A stretch of DNA of 53,112 nucleotides from Atractiella rhizophila (Eukaryota): NCBI GenBank assembly GCA_021432655.1, contig MU271260.1, forward strand, positions 62,001-115,112. The letters are read 5' to 3'. The translations under genes and the position numbers were made by a program. Of the stretch, positions 12,481-26,014 are shown piece by piece (position 1 is the first letter of the stretch; each line of letters opens with the position of its first letter). The notes beneath the pieces were generated by a model that saw only the letters and a list, made by a program, of their open reading frames with translations, made no database searches and was not told the DNA's origin.

Positions 12481-13999
12481 TTGATTTGAACCAGCACTGA
12501 AAATGTAGAAAGAGCTGAAAAGACAATGAGGAAGTTGTTGTTTTGATAGACGCGTGACGTGTTGCATGACGTCACAATGTTTACTTTGGCACAGGGGGCT
12601 TGAAAAGGCTGATGCTTTCTGCTTTCCTTGTACTTGAACAACACGACTACTCGTGCTTCTCAATATTTCTGAAAGCCTGAGGGAATCATGTCAGACCAAG
12701 AAAATAATACAAGAAGAGCTTATAAGAGGAAGTATAGAATGTTGAAAGCTCAAGTGTGTCATCTTCCCTTATTATGAAAGGAAAGGTTATAGGGCAAGGT
12801 GTAGCTGGCCGAGGAATAAAAGAGCTCAGGCTGCTCCAGAACATTGTAGCAAGTGGGGATGACGAACGACAGCAGTGGGAAGAAGAGCATGCTCAAGAGC
12901 AACTGGCTGCTCTGTAAGAAGCTATGCACTTTGCCAGCAATGAATCTCCCTCAAAACGACGTCGTTCTACTCGTGTTATGCCTACTGCACCCACTAGGCT
13001 AGCAAAGATCCAAGCATATCTATCATGCTGGAAAAGCATCTGTCCTTTTGTATCACCCTTGGGCGATAAGGTTCGAAAACATTTTTCCTGCAAGGATCAG
13101 AGGTTACAGGATACGAGGAGGACAGAGAGATTGATGGTGTTTCAGATAATAAGGAAGGCGACGAGGATGAGGATGAGGATGAGATCAGGGAGAAGAAGAG
13201 AAGAAATCAGATGCGGGAGGTTTGTCGTCAATATTACAAATCCAACCTTATCAAGTTCATCCTTGGCCGCCTCCCACCAGAAGCTTTGGAATGTATAATA
13301 GTGAGTGGTTTCAGAAAAAGGTTGGAACATTCATAAACCTCTTTATTCTTCTAACAATCAACAACAGGTCTGTCAAGGGATATCTGAACAGAAAAGTAAC
13401 AATGCAAAGAGGATTAGGGATGGCTACCGAATCATAATTTTCTGCCGTACGTGAACGATACATGTTTCCGTACCCGACCGTCCAACTCTTCCACCATACT
13501 AGCACCGATACGATACAATATGTCTGCCTCCCCGTGCTGTCCGGCTTGGATCGACTTGATACAGCGGAATCCGTGATGGAGTCTGGTTCTACAGCCATGA
13601 GTTTGTATTTCGTATTCCCTGTTCACTTGTGTTGAAATGTCATCTCAAATTATTCTGCAAGGGGCACGAGCCATACACGAAACTGCACCTGAAACCTATC
13701 AGAACCTTTTCGAAGGCCTTCATGCTTCACTCTCCTTCGTTGATCTGACACCACGACCCAGTCTATAAAATGTGCCTTCCTTTCAGCACTGATCAGACAA
13801 GTTCTTAGACTTTTGCTTTTACTTTCGCATAGCAATCATGGTTCCTCAGGAGGACCGGCAGAAGAGACCTCAAAGGCAACATAAGCTGAGGGATATGGTT
13901 AAATGAAATAATGAGGATGGAACTGCTCTGAATGAGATGCAGAGGAAGCAAGGGTTGGAAGCGGAGTGAGTTCTCATAAAGTCTGTCCATGGGTGACTG

Positions 14000-16900
14000 A
14001 CCAGTGTCAACGTTGACAGACATCCCTGGTTATGCTTGTCTCAAGACTCTTATCACTGCAAGTGGGAGCATGCCCTACATCGCTAATGCGGTACGTTCCC
14101 ACATTTTATGTGGAGAACAGCATAACATGCAAGGAGGATAGCAACAGTCATCTCTTTACCTTAAAGCAACATCTCTTCTTGCTCAAGTGGGATCTCAATC
14201 AGACAACAATGATGACCCAGTCCATGCTGCTCTCTTGGGATAGCGCCCTTCATCTGTCAACGATATCAGTTATCAAGATGGTCTGAAAGCGTTTGCTACT
14301 CTGTGGAAGGAGCTTCAAGCGTCACCCTCTTCGGTTCCTGAAGCCATTCTCCATGCTCATAAAGCATATCTATGTGCAGCCACAGAGCACATCCATGCTA
14401 TTCTCCTGCCTGAAGGTCTCACTGATCCGATAGGACCAGATGGAGCTTTCATAGTCAATGAGAGGGATCAGCACCAAGAGGAGGAGGAGGATGCAAGGTT
14501 GGAACCTGACCCCATTGATATCAAGGCAGCTGAGATTGCGGAGATCTTACCATTGAAAATTGATGGCTCAAAGAAGGACAACAAGCGGAGAAAGTTGCGC
14601 TCTACATGATGTGCCTGTGAAACGTCTGATGATAGCTAAATTGTGGAGAGCTTCATTCTGATGGCTCCGTTGTTGCAAAGTCAACTTTCCGGGGCACTAA
14701 CCAAACGGACTGAAGACATTGTATGTACGCTACATTGCTGTCAAAATACTGATTGATGGAAGAACAGGGTTTAGCTGTCACCTGCAGTCACCGCCGTGCA
14801 GTTGTCTATTACTTCTACCATTCCTTAAAATGGGAGGATGTTCCTGGATATCTCAAACCGAAGCATAAAGAAGGTGATAAGTACTTTAAGTGCAATCATT
14901 GCCCTAGAGTCGTTCGTTCTTCAGCTGCCAGCAATGGCAATACAAGGACTCTTCGAAATCACCTGGAAAATCATAGGCGCTCAATCAGGTCGTTCTTCAG
15001 CTTTTTGAAGGAAAAGCAGGACAAGGAGATGGAGATCACGGAGGAGGAGATGCAGAAGGCAGCAGGCATAATACCAGTTTGTCCCTTTGATTGCAAAGCC
15101 ATTCATTTAGAGTTCTCATGTACACCTGAAATTCCATCTAGATTGATTTGAAAGATGGATCCAGAGCTGCAAGAAAGGGCCAAGGAATCGACGACATCCT
15201 GCGACAAGTAGCAAAGAAGTATGGCTCTCAGGTTTGTGGCTCTTTCAGAAATCGATAGGTGCTGACCATATGATACATAGGGTTTTAATTCTACTATCTT
15301 CGAGGACCTCCTTACTCACTTTGTTGTCGAAGAAGACCTTCCATTCAGCATTGTAGAAAGTCCATCCTTTCAGGAACTTCTAATACATCTTCAGTGAACA
15401 ATACCTTCTGCCTCCAAGATTGAAATTTCTGATACTGAAAATGAGGACTCTGCTTTTCGGAAGAAGAGAATAGTGACAAGAAGTTTGAAATACCGAGCCG
15501 AAAGGTTCTGAAGGAGCATATATGTAAGGTTGCTTTGAAAACTACAGAAGAAATGGCTAGATATCTAAAGGTGCGTACTTGGATGCTTCTGTATCAGCCT
15601 ACGGAAGCATGAGGAAAGGCTACTGGAACAAAGATCCATCTCTCACTCGATAACAGGACATCAGAAATTCACTCTGCGTTCCTCTGTGTTAATGCACACT
15701 TTGTTGATAGCAAGTGGGACTTGAATGAGGTATGTGGTGGGTTTGAAGAACTCATTAGCCCACATACAGGGGAGAACATGGCGGATGTGATTATGAAAAT
15801 AGTTGATAAGTATGGAGTAGCTGATCAAGTATGTGCCTTAATTACATTTCATACATGTTCATTAACAGTTGTACAGATTAGGTGCTTTGTCACTGATGGA
15901 GCTTCAAACAATCGAATAATGCTGACCGGGATTGAGCAACGAATGAAGAAGCGAGGCATCGACTTTGATGCTTCTGAGCACCACATTCTTTGTATGCCCC
16001 ATATTGTTCACCTTTCAGTTCTCGCCCTCCTAGACTTTCTCAATGTATGACCAAAATCCTGGTCAGCTACAAAGGCGAAAGGGAGGATGGATACAATGAG
16101 TGGGCATCCGACAGAAGTTACATCACTTTCACGGGACATCAACTATCAGGAGTGCATCATGGAGAACCCAGCAAATGAACAGATGGATGCGGGGAAACTA
16201 GGCGAGGAAGAGCTGAACAGAATGGAGACAGATTTCAAGCAGATTAGAGGAGCAATACCCAAGGTATATCTTCTGCTCTGTCATTCCTTAACATTAATCA
16301 GAGGAACAGTTGCGAGCAATCATTAAGCATATATGTGGATCTCCTCAGCGCCAGCGGAGCTGGTTCGATCTTTTGGAAGATGCTCTCAAGCAACTTGAAA
16401 GCATAGCTGAAAAAAAATCCCTTTGTATGTTGATCCTTGACGTACAAACAAGTTGGGGATCAACACATGACATGCTTGACCTTGGAATTCGCTATAAAGA
16501 TGTCATTGAAGCTTATCTGGATCGTTATGAGCTTCCAAGTTAGCTGCACCTCAGTGAAAAAGAGTGGAATTCGATTGAACAGGTTTGTTATCTCTTAGAG
16601 CTATACTATTACTGAATAGGTCTGCAGATGGCTTCCAGTTTTTTGGCAGGCAACCTTCGACATGTCAATGACCAAGTCGTCCTGCCTCTCCCAAACCCTT
16701 GGTGTCTACCATTCTCTCCTAGGACACCTGAAAACCGAAATCTCAAGTCTTACGGATAAGACAGTTCAGAAAGAGTACTGGCAGGCTTTGCTCGACTGTT
16801 ACTTTAAGCTTAGTGAGTATCACTATTTCACCTTATTACATCTATGCTATCAGTATGTCATTTTTGTTCTGCCCTTGCTCTGCAATGAGTCTGACTTCAG

Positions 16901-17216
16901 AACAGTTTGCGACCCTCGTCTTGGTGTCGCTGTCCTTGACTCTTCAGTCTTTGATAGTGAACATGATGGGTCTTGCAGCACAAGGAGAATTTCATCGCTC
17001 TTCAGATATCACTACTATAAGACACCTGTCAATCCTCCTGAACCAACTTCTCCCCGCTCAAAATCCTTCAGACAGTCCACAAAGGAAAAGCTGAATTTAA
17101 TAGCTGCTTTCCTTACTTCTCTTCAGCACGGTGTTACTCCTGGAGCTAGCGAGGATCCTGTCATGAAAGACATTAACCATTTATTTAGACATAGTGTGTT
17201 ACCTTGTAGATCATGA
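14000..17216 (+). mobile_element. Degenerate hAT transposase gene with BED zinc finger
   Basis: YFKCNHC...NTRTLRNHLENH (BED), FVVEEDLPFSIVESPSFQELL, IHLSLDNRTS..FLCVNAHFVDSKW, HTGENMA, FVTDGASNN, CMPHIVHL, LDVQTSWGSTHDML. Several in-frame stops, and no C-terminal dimerisation domain seen. Start approximate. Confidence 0.9.
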
Positions 17217-18049
17217 ATTGCAAGCGTCTCAATTTAGGTCATGACAAGGATCTACCCACAAACATCTATGCATGCTCAGCACTCCGTCCAATATCTCCCA
17301 TTTTTACCGAACTTCCATTTCCAATTTGAATCAATACACTGGAGGAGTGATGGAGATGGACACATAATTTTAGTAAATAAGCAAGTCCCTCCCGCTTTCT
17401 CCTCTGATGAGCAGTTAACCCCTAAGGTTCTTGCCGTCCAAAATTCGACCATCAGTTATATAATATCCTAGCGCTTTCTCCATTACACCGGTATGGTAGC
17501 TAATGTACATACGAAGGGGAAAATAGAGAATATACCACCACCACCATACTACTCGTAACTCGTACAACCTGCCTACTAAGAACAGCTACACTGGATCTTT
17601 TGATTGGAACTCAGGATGACTATTATTGGTTGTCATGCTTGAATAATCAGCAGTCAAATGCTTCGGTGGCAAAGAAAGGTGGTGTGGGTAGACCGGGTAG
17701 GTCGACGAACCCAAGTATGTGGTTTACCTCCAAGTGGTGGGGTGGCAGCTGCTGGTGGCTGATCTCATACCCTTATGTTTGAGCTTATGATGACTTGTGA
17801 TATAAATGAGCATGCTTTTTTTGTAGAACTGGGTAATGTTAGCTGTATCTCAGTTGCTGTCGTCTTCACTTTTCAGCAGATCAGCATTGTGGCTGATGAA
17901 TACTTGTTCGTGTATTGCATCAAGCTCCAATCAAATAACTTGTCCCTTTTTTGCTCTATTTTCCTCTTCCGCTCAGTTATATATTAACAGATTGCCTTGT
18001 GGCTGGCGTTTTGCAGTTGGCAGGATATATCAACAGATCTGTCTTTGAA

Positions 18050-18972
18050 ACTCTCACCATATTAGGTCTTGTGTATATATCTTAAAGATTCTTATAGTGG
18101 AGGGTCATATCAAGATCCAGAACAACAAATGCTACAACATGTTCATGTGCAAGATATTTTTCATGAGAAGACACAAGACCTTATATGAAGAGGGCTCATC
18201 GCAATGGAGAATAAGGCCCTCGTGGTCTTCAATTAAAAGGTTTTGATCTTATTGATGCTTGTATTATAGGCAAGACTACAGGTATGTATGTTTTATAACC
18301 TACTAAATTTTAAAGTATTACTAACAGCTTGCTACAGCTGCTTCTGGACCAGCCTCACGATTTGAGCAAAATCTCAAACTAAAAAGATTTCAACTTGAAC
18401 GATATAAATTCCTCCAATGGCTCCACTTAGGAGATTTATCTGCAGTTTTGGATGACACCGTTCCTTTTCAAGATCCAGTTATTTCCAGATTTGAGACTAT
18501 GACGTGCCAGGGGACTTCGCTTGCTGCTCCTAGATGAACACCCTCTTTTCTGCTTCAAGGTTAAAGCTAAGGACTCCTGGGCTTATGACACTCTTCAACA
18601 TCTCTCTGAACGACATGAAGATACTATAGTTCTTATAGATCGTCACTTGAACTCCATCCGTGACTATGAACCAGCACAGCTTCTTCTTTATTCTCTATTG
18701 GACTGGATGATGACATCTACGACCTCACCTTCGTGCAATACTTACATTTAGTGGGAAACACGATAGACCCAGTTTATGGATCTTGGAAAGTTCAGCCATC
18801 TGCTCTGCCTAATAGACAACGAGAAGTTGGTATTATTTGGTTAAACGATATTATTCGACCTGTTTGGAACAAGAACACACCTGATATGAAACCTAGCCAG
18901 ATTCATTCATACTATCACACTTTGTGGTTGAATCAGTATACTGATGAAGACTCTCTGTTACGATTTGTATAA
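18050..18972 (+). pseudogene. Degenerate protein-coding sequence of unknown function
   Basis: Canonical intron 18282-18337 (GTATGT...CTAAC...CAG) followed by three protein-like reading segments joined by frameshifts, ending at TAA 18972. No recognisable domain. Confidence 0.4.
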
Positions 18973-21390
18973 GATGTAATCTATCAACCATCTCTAGCTC
19001 TGAACGATTCTATACACCTATGCTTTAGTATCCGGTGATTATTCATGGTGGATAGGGTGTTATAGGCAATTATTGGGACTCATAGGAGATTTGAGGAAAT
19101 ATGTGAATAGGTCTTTATAGGTACCAAAGGAGACAAACAGTGGATAGAGGTGATATAACTCAAGTTCTGCCTATGGATGCTCAACGGGACAGAACGGGTT
19201 CGACGTCGTTTTTGACGTGCGTGATCTGAACAGTGACCCGTTACTCGCCCGCTTTGTTGACAGGACGGGGGGACGTGCGTCACGCCAAAGTTGGTGTACC
19301 CCGTCTCCATAAGTCCTTCATCAACAGTCCATTAGGTTCTGACCTGACAACATTATACGGAAGCTCTGCGACATTCTGCCACCCATTCCCAGTCCTTGGA
19401 CCTCCAGAACATTCTTCTCCAACAATGTTAACCCGGCCTCTCCTTCTCGACCTGTCGATTCCCAACCAAAAACTCATAAACGGAGGCAGACCTCTAGAGC
19501 TTTTGTCATTCCTGCGAACCAGTCTATCAACATGGTGTCCAAAGGCCGGCTCGACAAATCAAGATCGTAGACATGGTGAAGCGGAATAATGATGAAGGAA
19601 CTGCCATCAGCAAGGCAGAGCAAAAGAAGTGTGAACAAGAAGCTTATGTCTATGTCCCTTGACGACTTGTCCTGTTCATTGACTATTATTTGTGTGATAG
19701 GAACTCTGACATTCCTGGATACAAGGTGCTTGAGGTTTTGATGGCAGCTGCTGCAACGATAGGACATGGTCAAGATTATGTGTGTTATTTCACTTGATCC
19801 GGTCCCAAATTTTCACACATCAAGTATAGACTACTTATAATTGCCTGATCTCGCAGGAGGTATCCAAGATTTCGAAGCAGATACCCTCGACGCGGCACTT
19901 GACTGGATCATGGTGGCGAGGGGCTTCACCCCCTTGTGCCGAAATCCTGCGCTTGTGATCTTGCAATTTGCGCGCCTGATGCTCACCACCATCGTTCTGA
20001 CTCATGCCATAGGACACGCTGTCGTTTCCATGAAAGAGAAATGGATATTGGCTCCTCTGCGCTCTGTCGGTTGGATCGCCGCCACCGTTTGCGCTCTGGT
20101 GTCTTCATCGCACCCGACTCCGCTCGACCGAACACTCGAGCCTTTTCCCTTTATTTGCAAATAATGCGGAATCAACTCGATTTATGTATCTGAAAATGGA
20201 GCAATCGACATCGATCAGGTTCTTCTGTTTTCATCCATATTCAAACCCTCCTCGCTTCCATCCACGAAGTCATCTCCACCATTTCGACACTGTATTGCGC
20301 TCTACCAACTGGAGCGATCGTCTTTGACCGCGCCTTATTCACCATTATTGGCTATGCATTTCTTCTCTGCCTCGCATTTCATTTTCTGTAATAGTCTCGT
20401 TCTACTATACGCGAATAAGGCAAAGTGCACGGTGTTAGGTCTTTGCAAGGAGCTCTCCAGTGGCCTCGTGGTGCAATGGTATATGAGTACACGATGTTAG
20501 GGTATCGTGCGCGGTCGTCGGCCTAGATTGAACTCTTTCGTCAAATATGTTGCCATACTGTGCTCCTCAAAGGGCTAGCTATGGTGTGACTGATTGTTGT
20601 TGCACAACTAGAAGCAGATGATTACAAAATGAGGTCTATTTCCGCTCAAGGACTTGAAGGTGCATTCGTCGTGGTTTCTTGCAAAGGCAAAGTCGTCAGG
20701 TTTGACGTCGTGGGGAGATTCTCGGTAAGAGGTACCTTCTTTGACCGGAGGAGATCGTGGTCACGAATGATGATTGCCTTCTCTCTTTTGAGGGGCATGG
20801 GACCATGCGTTGGTTTGGTGCTAGAACGAGAGGTTGGAGAAGGGGAACGAGGGTTGAAATCGGTATTGGCACTAGGGGGTGACTGGTATTGGCATCTACC
20901 GTCAGGGAGTTGGATGTTGTCGGGGATTGGTTTGATGGACGGTGAGGATTGGATGGGTGTGTTAGGTCTCGTGGGAGAAAGGGATTCAGGAGGAGAGTGG
21001 TCAGATCGGTTTGTTGGCATGATTGATGGGTTAAGGTAAGGGAAGGGGTTGATTGGATATTAGGACGGCGGAAAGGCACTTCCTTGGGTAGGGTCGAAGG
21101 ATTGATGTATTTTGGCTTCGAGGATTACTTCAGTACGATGAAGACGAAAGGAAGGAAAGTATAGATACTTAGGGATGATGGTGGATGGTTACTGTTTGGG
21201 CTGATGGACATAACGAGTTTATTGGATGAGGTTGGGTCGTAGGTGCTGGGAATACATTAGTGTCTTTACCGAAGAGAGGCGAGGACAGATTTTGAGGATT
21301 AGAAGGCTGATTCGCGCAAGGAACAGTTGATTTGCGAGTAACAAGGTTGAATCTGGCAATGGGGATGAGGGGTTGCGCGTGAGAGGGAGG

Positions 21391-21465
21391 AGAGTTCACT
21401 CGTGCGAGAAGGAAGAGAGTTCACTCGCGCGAGAAGGAGAAGAGTTCACTCGCGCGAGAAGGAGA
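21391..21465 (+). repeat. Tandem repeat, 3 x 25 bp (AGAGTTCACTCGCGCGAGAAGGAGA)
   Basis: Units at 21391-21415, 21416-21440 and 21441-21465, read directly. Two contain the palindrome CTCGCGCGAG. Confidence 0.9.
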
Positions 21466-22356
21466 CTTGGCTGTACAGCCTGTCTCGTCTGGACGAGCTG
21501 AACGAGCGAAACAGACCGCCTCCCAGATGCATTTTTCATCTCGAGCGGTCAATAAAACGGATATCGTCGAATGTTCACAAGCACATTAACCAAACCAAAT
21601 TGAAAACCTGAGAAAGGATATCACTAAATATCTCGAAAGCACGATTATCCAGCTCTCCACCAGAACAGAATGGAAGCAGGTCTGGCCTCCTGGAATGATG
21701 GTTCATCTGCTGACATACTTTAATAGGGAACTCCAACATCTCCATTGCTCCTGAAGGCGTCTATGTCTATCCGAGGATGCTGGGTGGAAGAATCCAGCTA
21801 TTGACGTGGGACAATCTGAAAGCTTTTTTCCTTGACCCGAACAGCACCGAAGCGTTACCTGATGGTGACATTGTTAAGAGGACGGCAGAAATTCTCCGTG
21901 AAATGGAAGATCAGAACCAAGACGGCATGTTTCCAACTTTTTTCCAACTTTGAAATGCCAAATTTTCGTCATTCCCGCAGGCAATCCGGTTTCCTCAATG
22001 ACTCATGGTTTAAGTAAGCTGTGATCGCTTTCCGGTCAATGTTGTTATCTTTAGTTTCATTGAGATTTCGTTGTGAACTGCTTCTCGACACAATGATAAA
22101 TTGTTGGTTGCTTTCTGCAATTAAGGAGCTACTGCGCTAGCCAGCTTTGATGAGATACTGAGCTGTAAGCACTGCAAATACGAGCCAAAAAAGCTATGGG
22201 ACTCGCACTGCAGGGGTCTTGCATATTTGTGAGAAAATATCACCGTAGCCCGTCACCGTTCCTTGAGCCAATTATCAAGCAACAGAAGAAGAAAGAGAAA
22301 TGAGACTGTGCAAAAGTCCATCAAACTCCCCCTCACATTCATATTTCATGCATCTT

Positions 22357-22850
22357 TCACTCATTCATCATCCCAAATTTACTCATTGCTCCTTCCAACT
22401 TCATCTTGCTTACTCCCTTTGTAAGGATATCTGCTGGAAGTTCCTTCGTATCCATGTATTGAAGCTCGATTTTTCGATTAGAGACACATTCGCGTGTATA
22501 GTGAAATGGGACATCAATATGTTTGGTTCGTTGTCTGAAGATGAGCTTGTTGGCAAGTTGATGGAACAAAGGTTGTCGCCGTAGATAGTGATGGGAAAAG
22601 CGAGAGGGATTTGGAGATCCTTGAAGAGATTCCTGATCCATGATGCTTCTCTTGCGGCTGACGACAATGCAACATATTCGGCCTCTGTTGATGATGACAA
22701 CGTAACTAGAGATTGTTTCTTACTGTTCCAAATTACCGCTCCTCCAGCGCGCGTGAAGAGCGTTCCTGAAATGGACCTTCGATCGTGGCTGGCGGCGAAA
22801 TCGGAATCGGAATAGCCAACAAGGTCTTCATTCACATCCACTAATGGCAA
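22357..22850 (-). mobile_element. Ty1/copia LTR-retrotransposon fragment (RNase H, end of pol)
   Basis: LVGYSDSDFA..DRRSISG...GGAVIWNSKKQSLVTLSS.TEAEYVAL...IYGDN, then a frameshift into RTKHIDVPFHYTRE...ADILTKG. No RT or integrase upstream. Confidence 0.93.
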
Positions 22851-24490
22851 TCTTCAGTCAAAGAGCTCTGAAGCTGGAGGGTTGAGGAGCAGGTTTTGGA
22901 TCGAACAGTGGAGTGGACTAGCTGCAAAATAGCCCGGTTAGATATTGAATGAAAGAGCATAATCTGGGAGACCTCCTTGAATTGGAACGTAGAAACGGAC
23001 AAAAATTCGCCGTTTTTGGAAGGTTGAAAGGAATCGGAGCAGCATGGGAGTGAAAAGCATGCATGACAGCATATTCGGAGGACCTCAATTCAAGTGGCGG
23101 CAGATGGGGTGGATGCCGAGATCCGTTCGATGTTAGCAAGCTTTCTCATTATCATCCTGTCACTCCTGCCAATAACTCAGCCCCTCAAATCCCAATGGAC
23201 TTGGGAGACACAATGGTCAAATGCGGCAATACCTTCCTATTCTGGAGGCGGCTCCTGCCTAACTTGGAAGTCCCATTGACCATTGAGTACCTCACAACTC
23301 CCCCGTCTCTCTACACCTCTCCTGTCGACTCAGAGTGGGTACGATAGATCGGGAGAAAAGGGAGAGATAACTGCATGGTATTTTAGCCTTATTTAGAAGC
23401 TGGAAGGCGAGATCCGTCGATTCCCTGGCGAGACTCATTGGTTCCCTTCAGCTTCCTCTTCGTTCCACGCTTTTAGATCATTCCATATTTCTATCTACTC
23501 GTGTATTACGGGTTTTCTCGCGATGTTGTTTGATCTTTATCTGACAAGTGTGTCAACGGGTCCCTCAGGCCCCCCAACCCACTCTTAAGGGGCATGGCCC
23601 TTGAACCCTTCCTTCTGTGACCCTTGTGAGGGTTCGAGTCCAGTATGAAACACATTTTTTGACCTCTGCAGAAAAAAATTTCCCTGCAGATTCAGGAAGA
23701 CACAAGCATATGCAATAAGCTGGTGTCATTCATTTCATTTCAACATCCTTGCTGAGGGAGGTATGAATGCTCAAAAGTGCGTCTTATGACTCATGCCAAG
23801 ACACTGATGATAGAGGAATAAGATGGACATTTGCGCATTCCCATTTCTCACTTCGTACGTCATTTTGGTCTTGTGACTTTTTCTCTTTCCTTTTTTCTTC
23901 TTCTATTGCTTGATAATTGGCTCAAGGAACGGCGACGGGCTACGGTGATATTTCTCACAAATATGCTAGATTTGTGGCTCGCATTTGCAGGTGAAGTTAT
24001 TTCTCTTAAGTACCAATGAAATGTATTCTAATCGCTTTTGTGGCTCGATTTGCAGTGCTTACAGATCTGTATCGCGTCATTATCCGATTCATTGGCCTAT
24101 ATAAGAAGCCTCAATTGTTAGTGTAAATGCATCTTATTCCTCATCATCTTACTTCGCACTCACAGTAGAAAGTGTGGTAAGAATCGAGGTAAGTTCCCCG
24201 GGCCGTAGAAGCGCCCCTGTAAGATCCATTGTCTTTATTCTGAGACCAGATAGCTTGATAAGCGGCCCTACACTTCAGTGTGGCTAGCATAAGCTGGTTC
24301 CTGTCTCTCCTTTTCTTTTAAGCTCTCATTTATTGATTGAGCCTCTTAGTTCACGCTCTAGTCGAGCTAAAGCAACTCGCTTTTTGCAGAGTCTCATGGA
24401 CTAGTGCTTCTTGCGGATTACGGCATGAATTTTATCGGCCGCCCTTTGACAGAACGCTTTGTGCAGCAATCAGGTTTTAAATGCTTCTCG

Positions 24491-25427
24491 CTGTAGTGAG
24501 CTGGAAACAGGTGCTTCCTTGCAGCTTGGCGGATCCGCCTTTGTCGATTGCCTTTTTGCACTCTTTTTCATGCTGGCTTTCAAGAAGCATCTGAGAAGCA
24601 CCAACTTCTCTGTCGGTCTCCTTCAACCCATGTCTGTCCGCGCTGATATAACTTCAGGCAACAACAGACCTGATATTGCGTGTACGTTTCTCGCTTGGTT
24701 ATTGTAGGTGTGGGAAGTGCATATATCGCTGAAGCAGTTAATCCAATTTGGCGTCGGAGCCAACCTGCTCACAATCAATCCTTCAAATCCTCGAACTCAT
24801 CCTCTTCCTGGCTTCACCAGATGCGGCTTATCATTTTGCAGGTACGTCGCGTCCTTTGACCGAGACCTGACTTACATGGTCGTAGTTCTCATTTTCATCT
24901 CGAAGACATATATAATTGGGCAAAGTATTGATATGCCGCGCCTTTCAGCAATGAATCTCAACGCTCAGCAGCCTTCTTGCAGTCATCACCCAAGCACGAG
25001 CATGGAGCGCGTCATCTCATGACAATGGATCAATCGGTACGCCCAACTATAGGATTCAGCACAACGTATGCTTTCCTTCTTCTAGGCTCCAGAATTCGAA
25101 ACAGAGGTGGCACACCAGACTTCCACCGAACCTAACTTTGTGGAGATGGCACTCCGTGTTCAGACTGGCCGCAAGTTTGCTACTGAGACCCAAGCCTGAG
25201 GTTAGTTCCGCTCCAGCCCACTAATGGCACTGATGAAATAAGTAAGGCTCCGAACCAACAATCAACGATTATTGAGTATTGGAGTTGAGACTTCCTCTTC
25301 ACTCGGCATAATTTTGAATCTTGTCTGCGCTCATGTGTACCCGATCAACCCTCCTTTGATAGATTTCTGCCTTCAATCACTTTTGTCTCCCACAATCACT
25401 GAAAGGAGGTGCTAGAGCACACCTTGT
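24491..25427 (+). pseudogene. Partial, intron-retaining duplicate of the 3' half of the DUF6534-like gene (copy of 31775-32700)
   Basis: About 935 bp direct repeat. The first roughly 330 bp look identical by eye, with scattered substitutions and indels afterwards. The 5' exons are absent. Confidence 0.9.
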
Positions 25428-25515
25428 TTGTGATGACAGATAATTCGTGGACCTGCCTTAGCCGGTTAGTATTAGGTGAGCTGGTGAAGTGCGTACGTCT
25501 TGCGGAACCGCCCAG

Positions 25516-25836
25516 AATTGTTTGTTTTATTTGGCTGTGGTTGCTTTCCCCGACAACCGACTTGGATTCTCAACCCCGGAGGACCGTGTCTAACTTTCTT
25601 GTTTTTGGGATGGTTTCGCACTCCATGTTCATGTTTTTGTTTCTTCGCCTTGCTGGATCCGACAGTGTTTGGGATGTCCAGGTGCTTTTAAACCTGATTT
25701 ACCCTCATTTTCAACTTAGTCGCATGATAGCTATTTTGTTCAGCTCTGGCACTCCACCCTTGAACGAGGGAGGAAACGACCGTGGGCCTGGTTCGAGTTG
25801 AAAAAGGAGGTTAAACCGGGTCTCTTGACAGAATCG
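25516..25836 (+). repeat. Repeat B copy 1 (non-coding)
   Basis: Shares TTTGTTTCTTC(G/A)CCTTGCTGGATCCGACAG and CCCTTGAACGAGGG...TTCGAG(T/C)TGAAAAAGGA...TGACAGAAT with 50595-50858. Its 5' half is inverted at 29713-29881. Confidence 0.85.
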
Positions 25837-26014
25837 TGCGCCTCCTCCTTTCGCCACTTGCGCACTTGCGCGTTTAGTTTCCTTCGAGCACTTTCTGGAA
25901 CTGTGGCCAATCTTTTGCCACAGGGATCTCTGTGTTATAAAAGCTTGTAAACCTGCAAGTGCGAGACTTATACTCATTGTTATCTCGCACTTCGCAGCGC
26001 TAATACATTTGTCA
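25826..26014 (+). repeat. Repeat D copy 1 (direct repeat of 36106-36359)
   Basis: Near-identical TGACAGAATCGTGCGCC...CGCTAATA(C/A)ATTTGTCA at both loci. Confidence 0.9.

Noticed and set aside
17533..17760. Weak inverted similarity between ACC-rich and GGT-rich tracts
   Set aside because: Low complexity and too degenerate to call a MITE.
20462..20490. tRNA-like 5' end GGCCTCGTGGTGCAATGGTA
   Set aside because: No T-arm or complementary acceptor strand follows.
20430..21400. Possible LTR start (TGTTAG) and gag-like Pro-rich ORFs
   Set aside because: No second LTR, primer-binding site or gag motif was found.
23625..23660. tRNA-like B-box GGTTCGAGTCC followed by a T-run
   Set aside because: The T-arm does not pair and no acceptor or D stem can be folded upstream.
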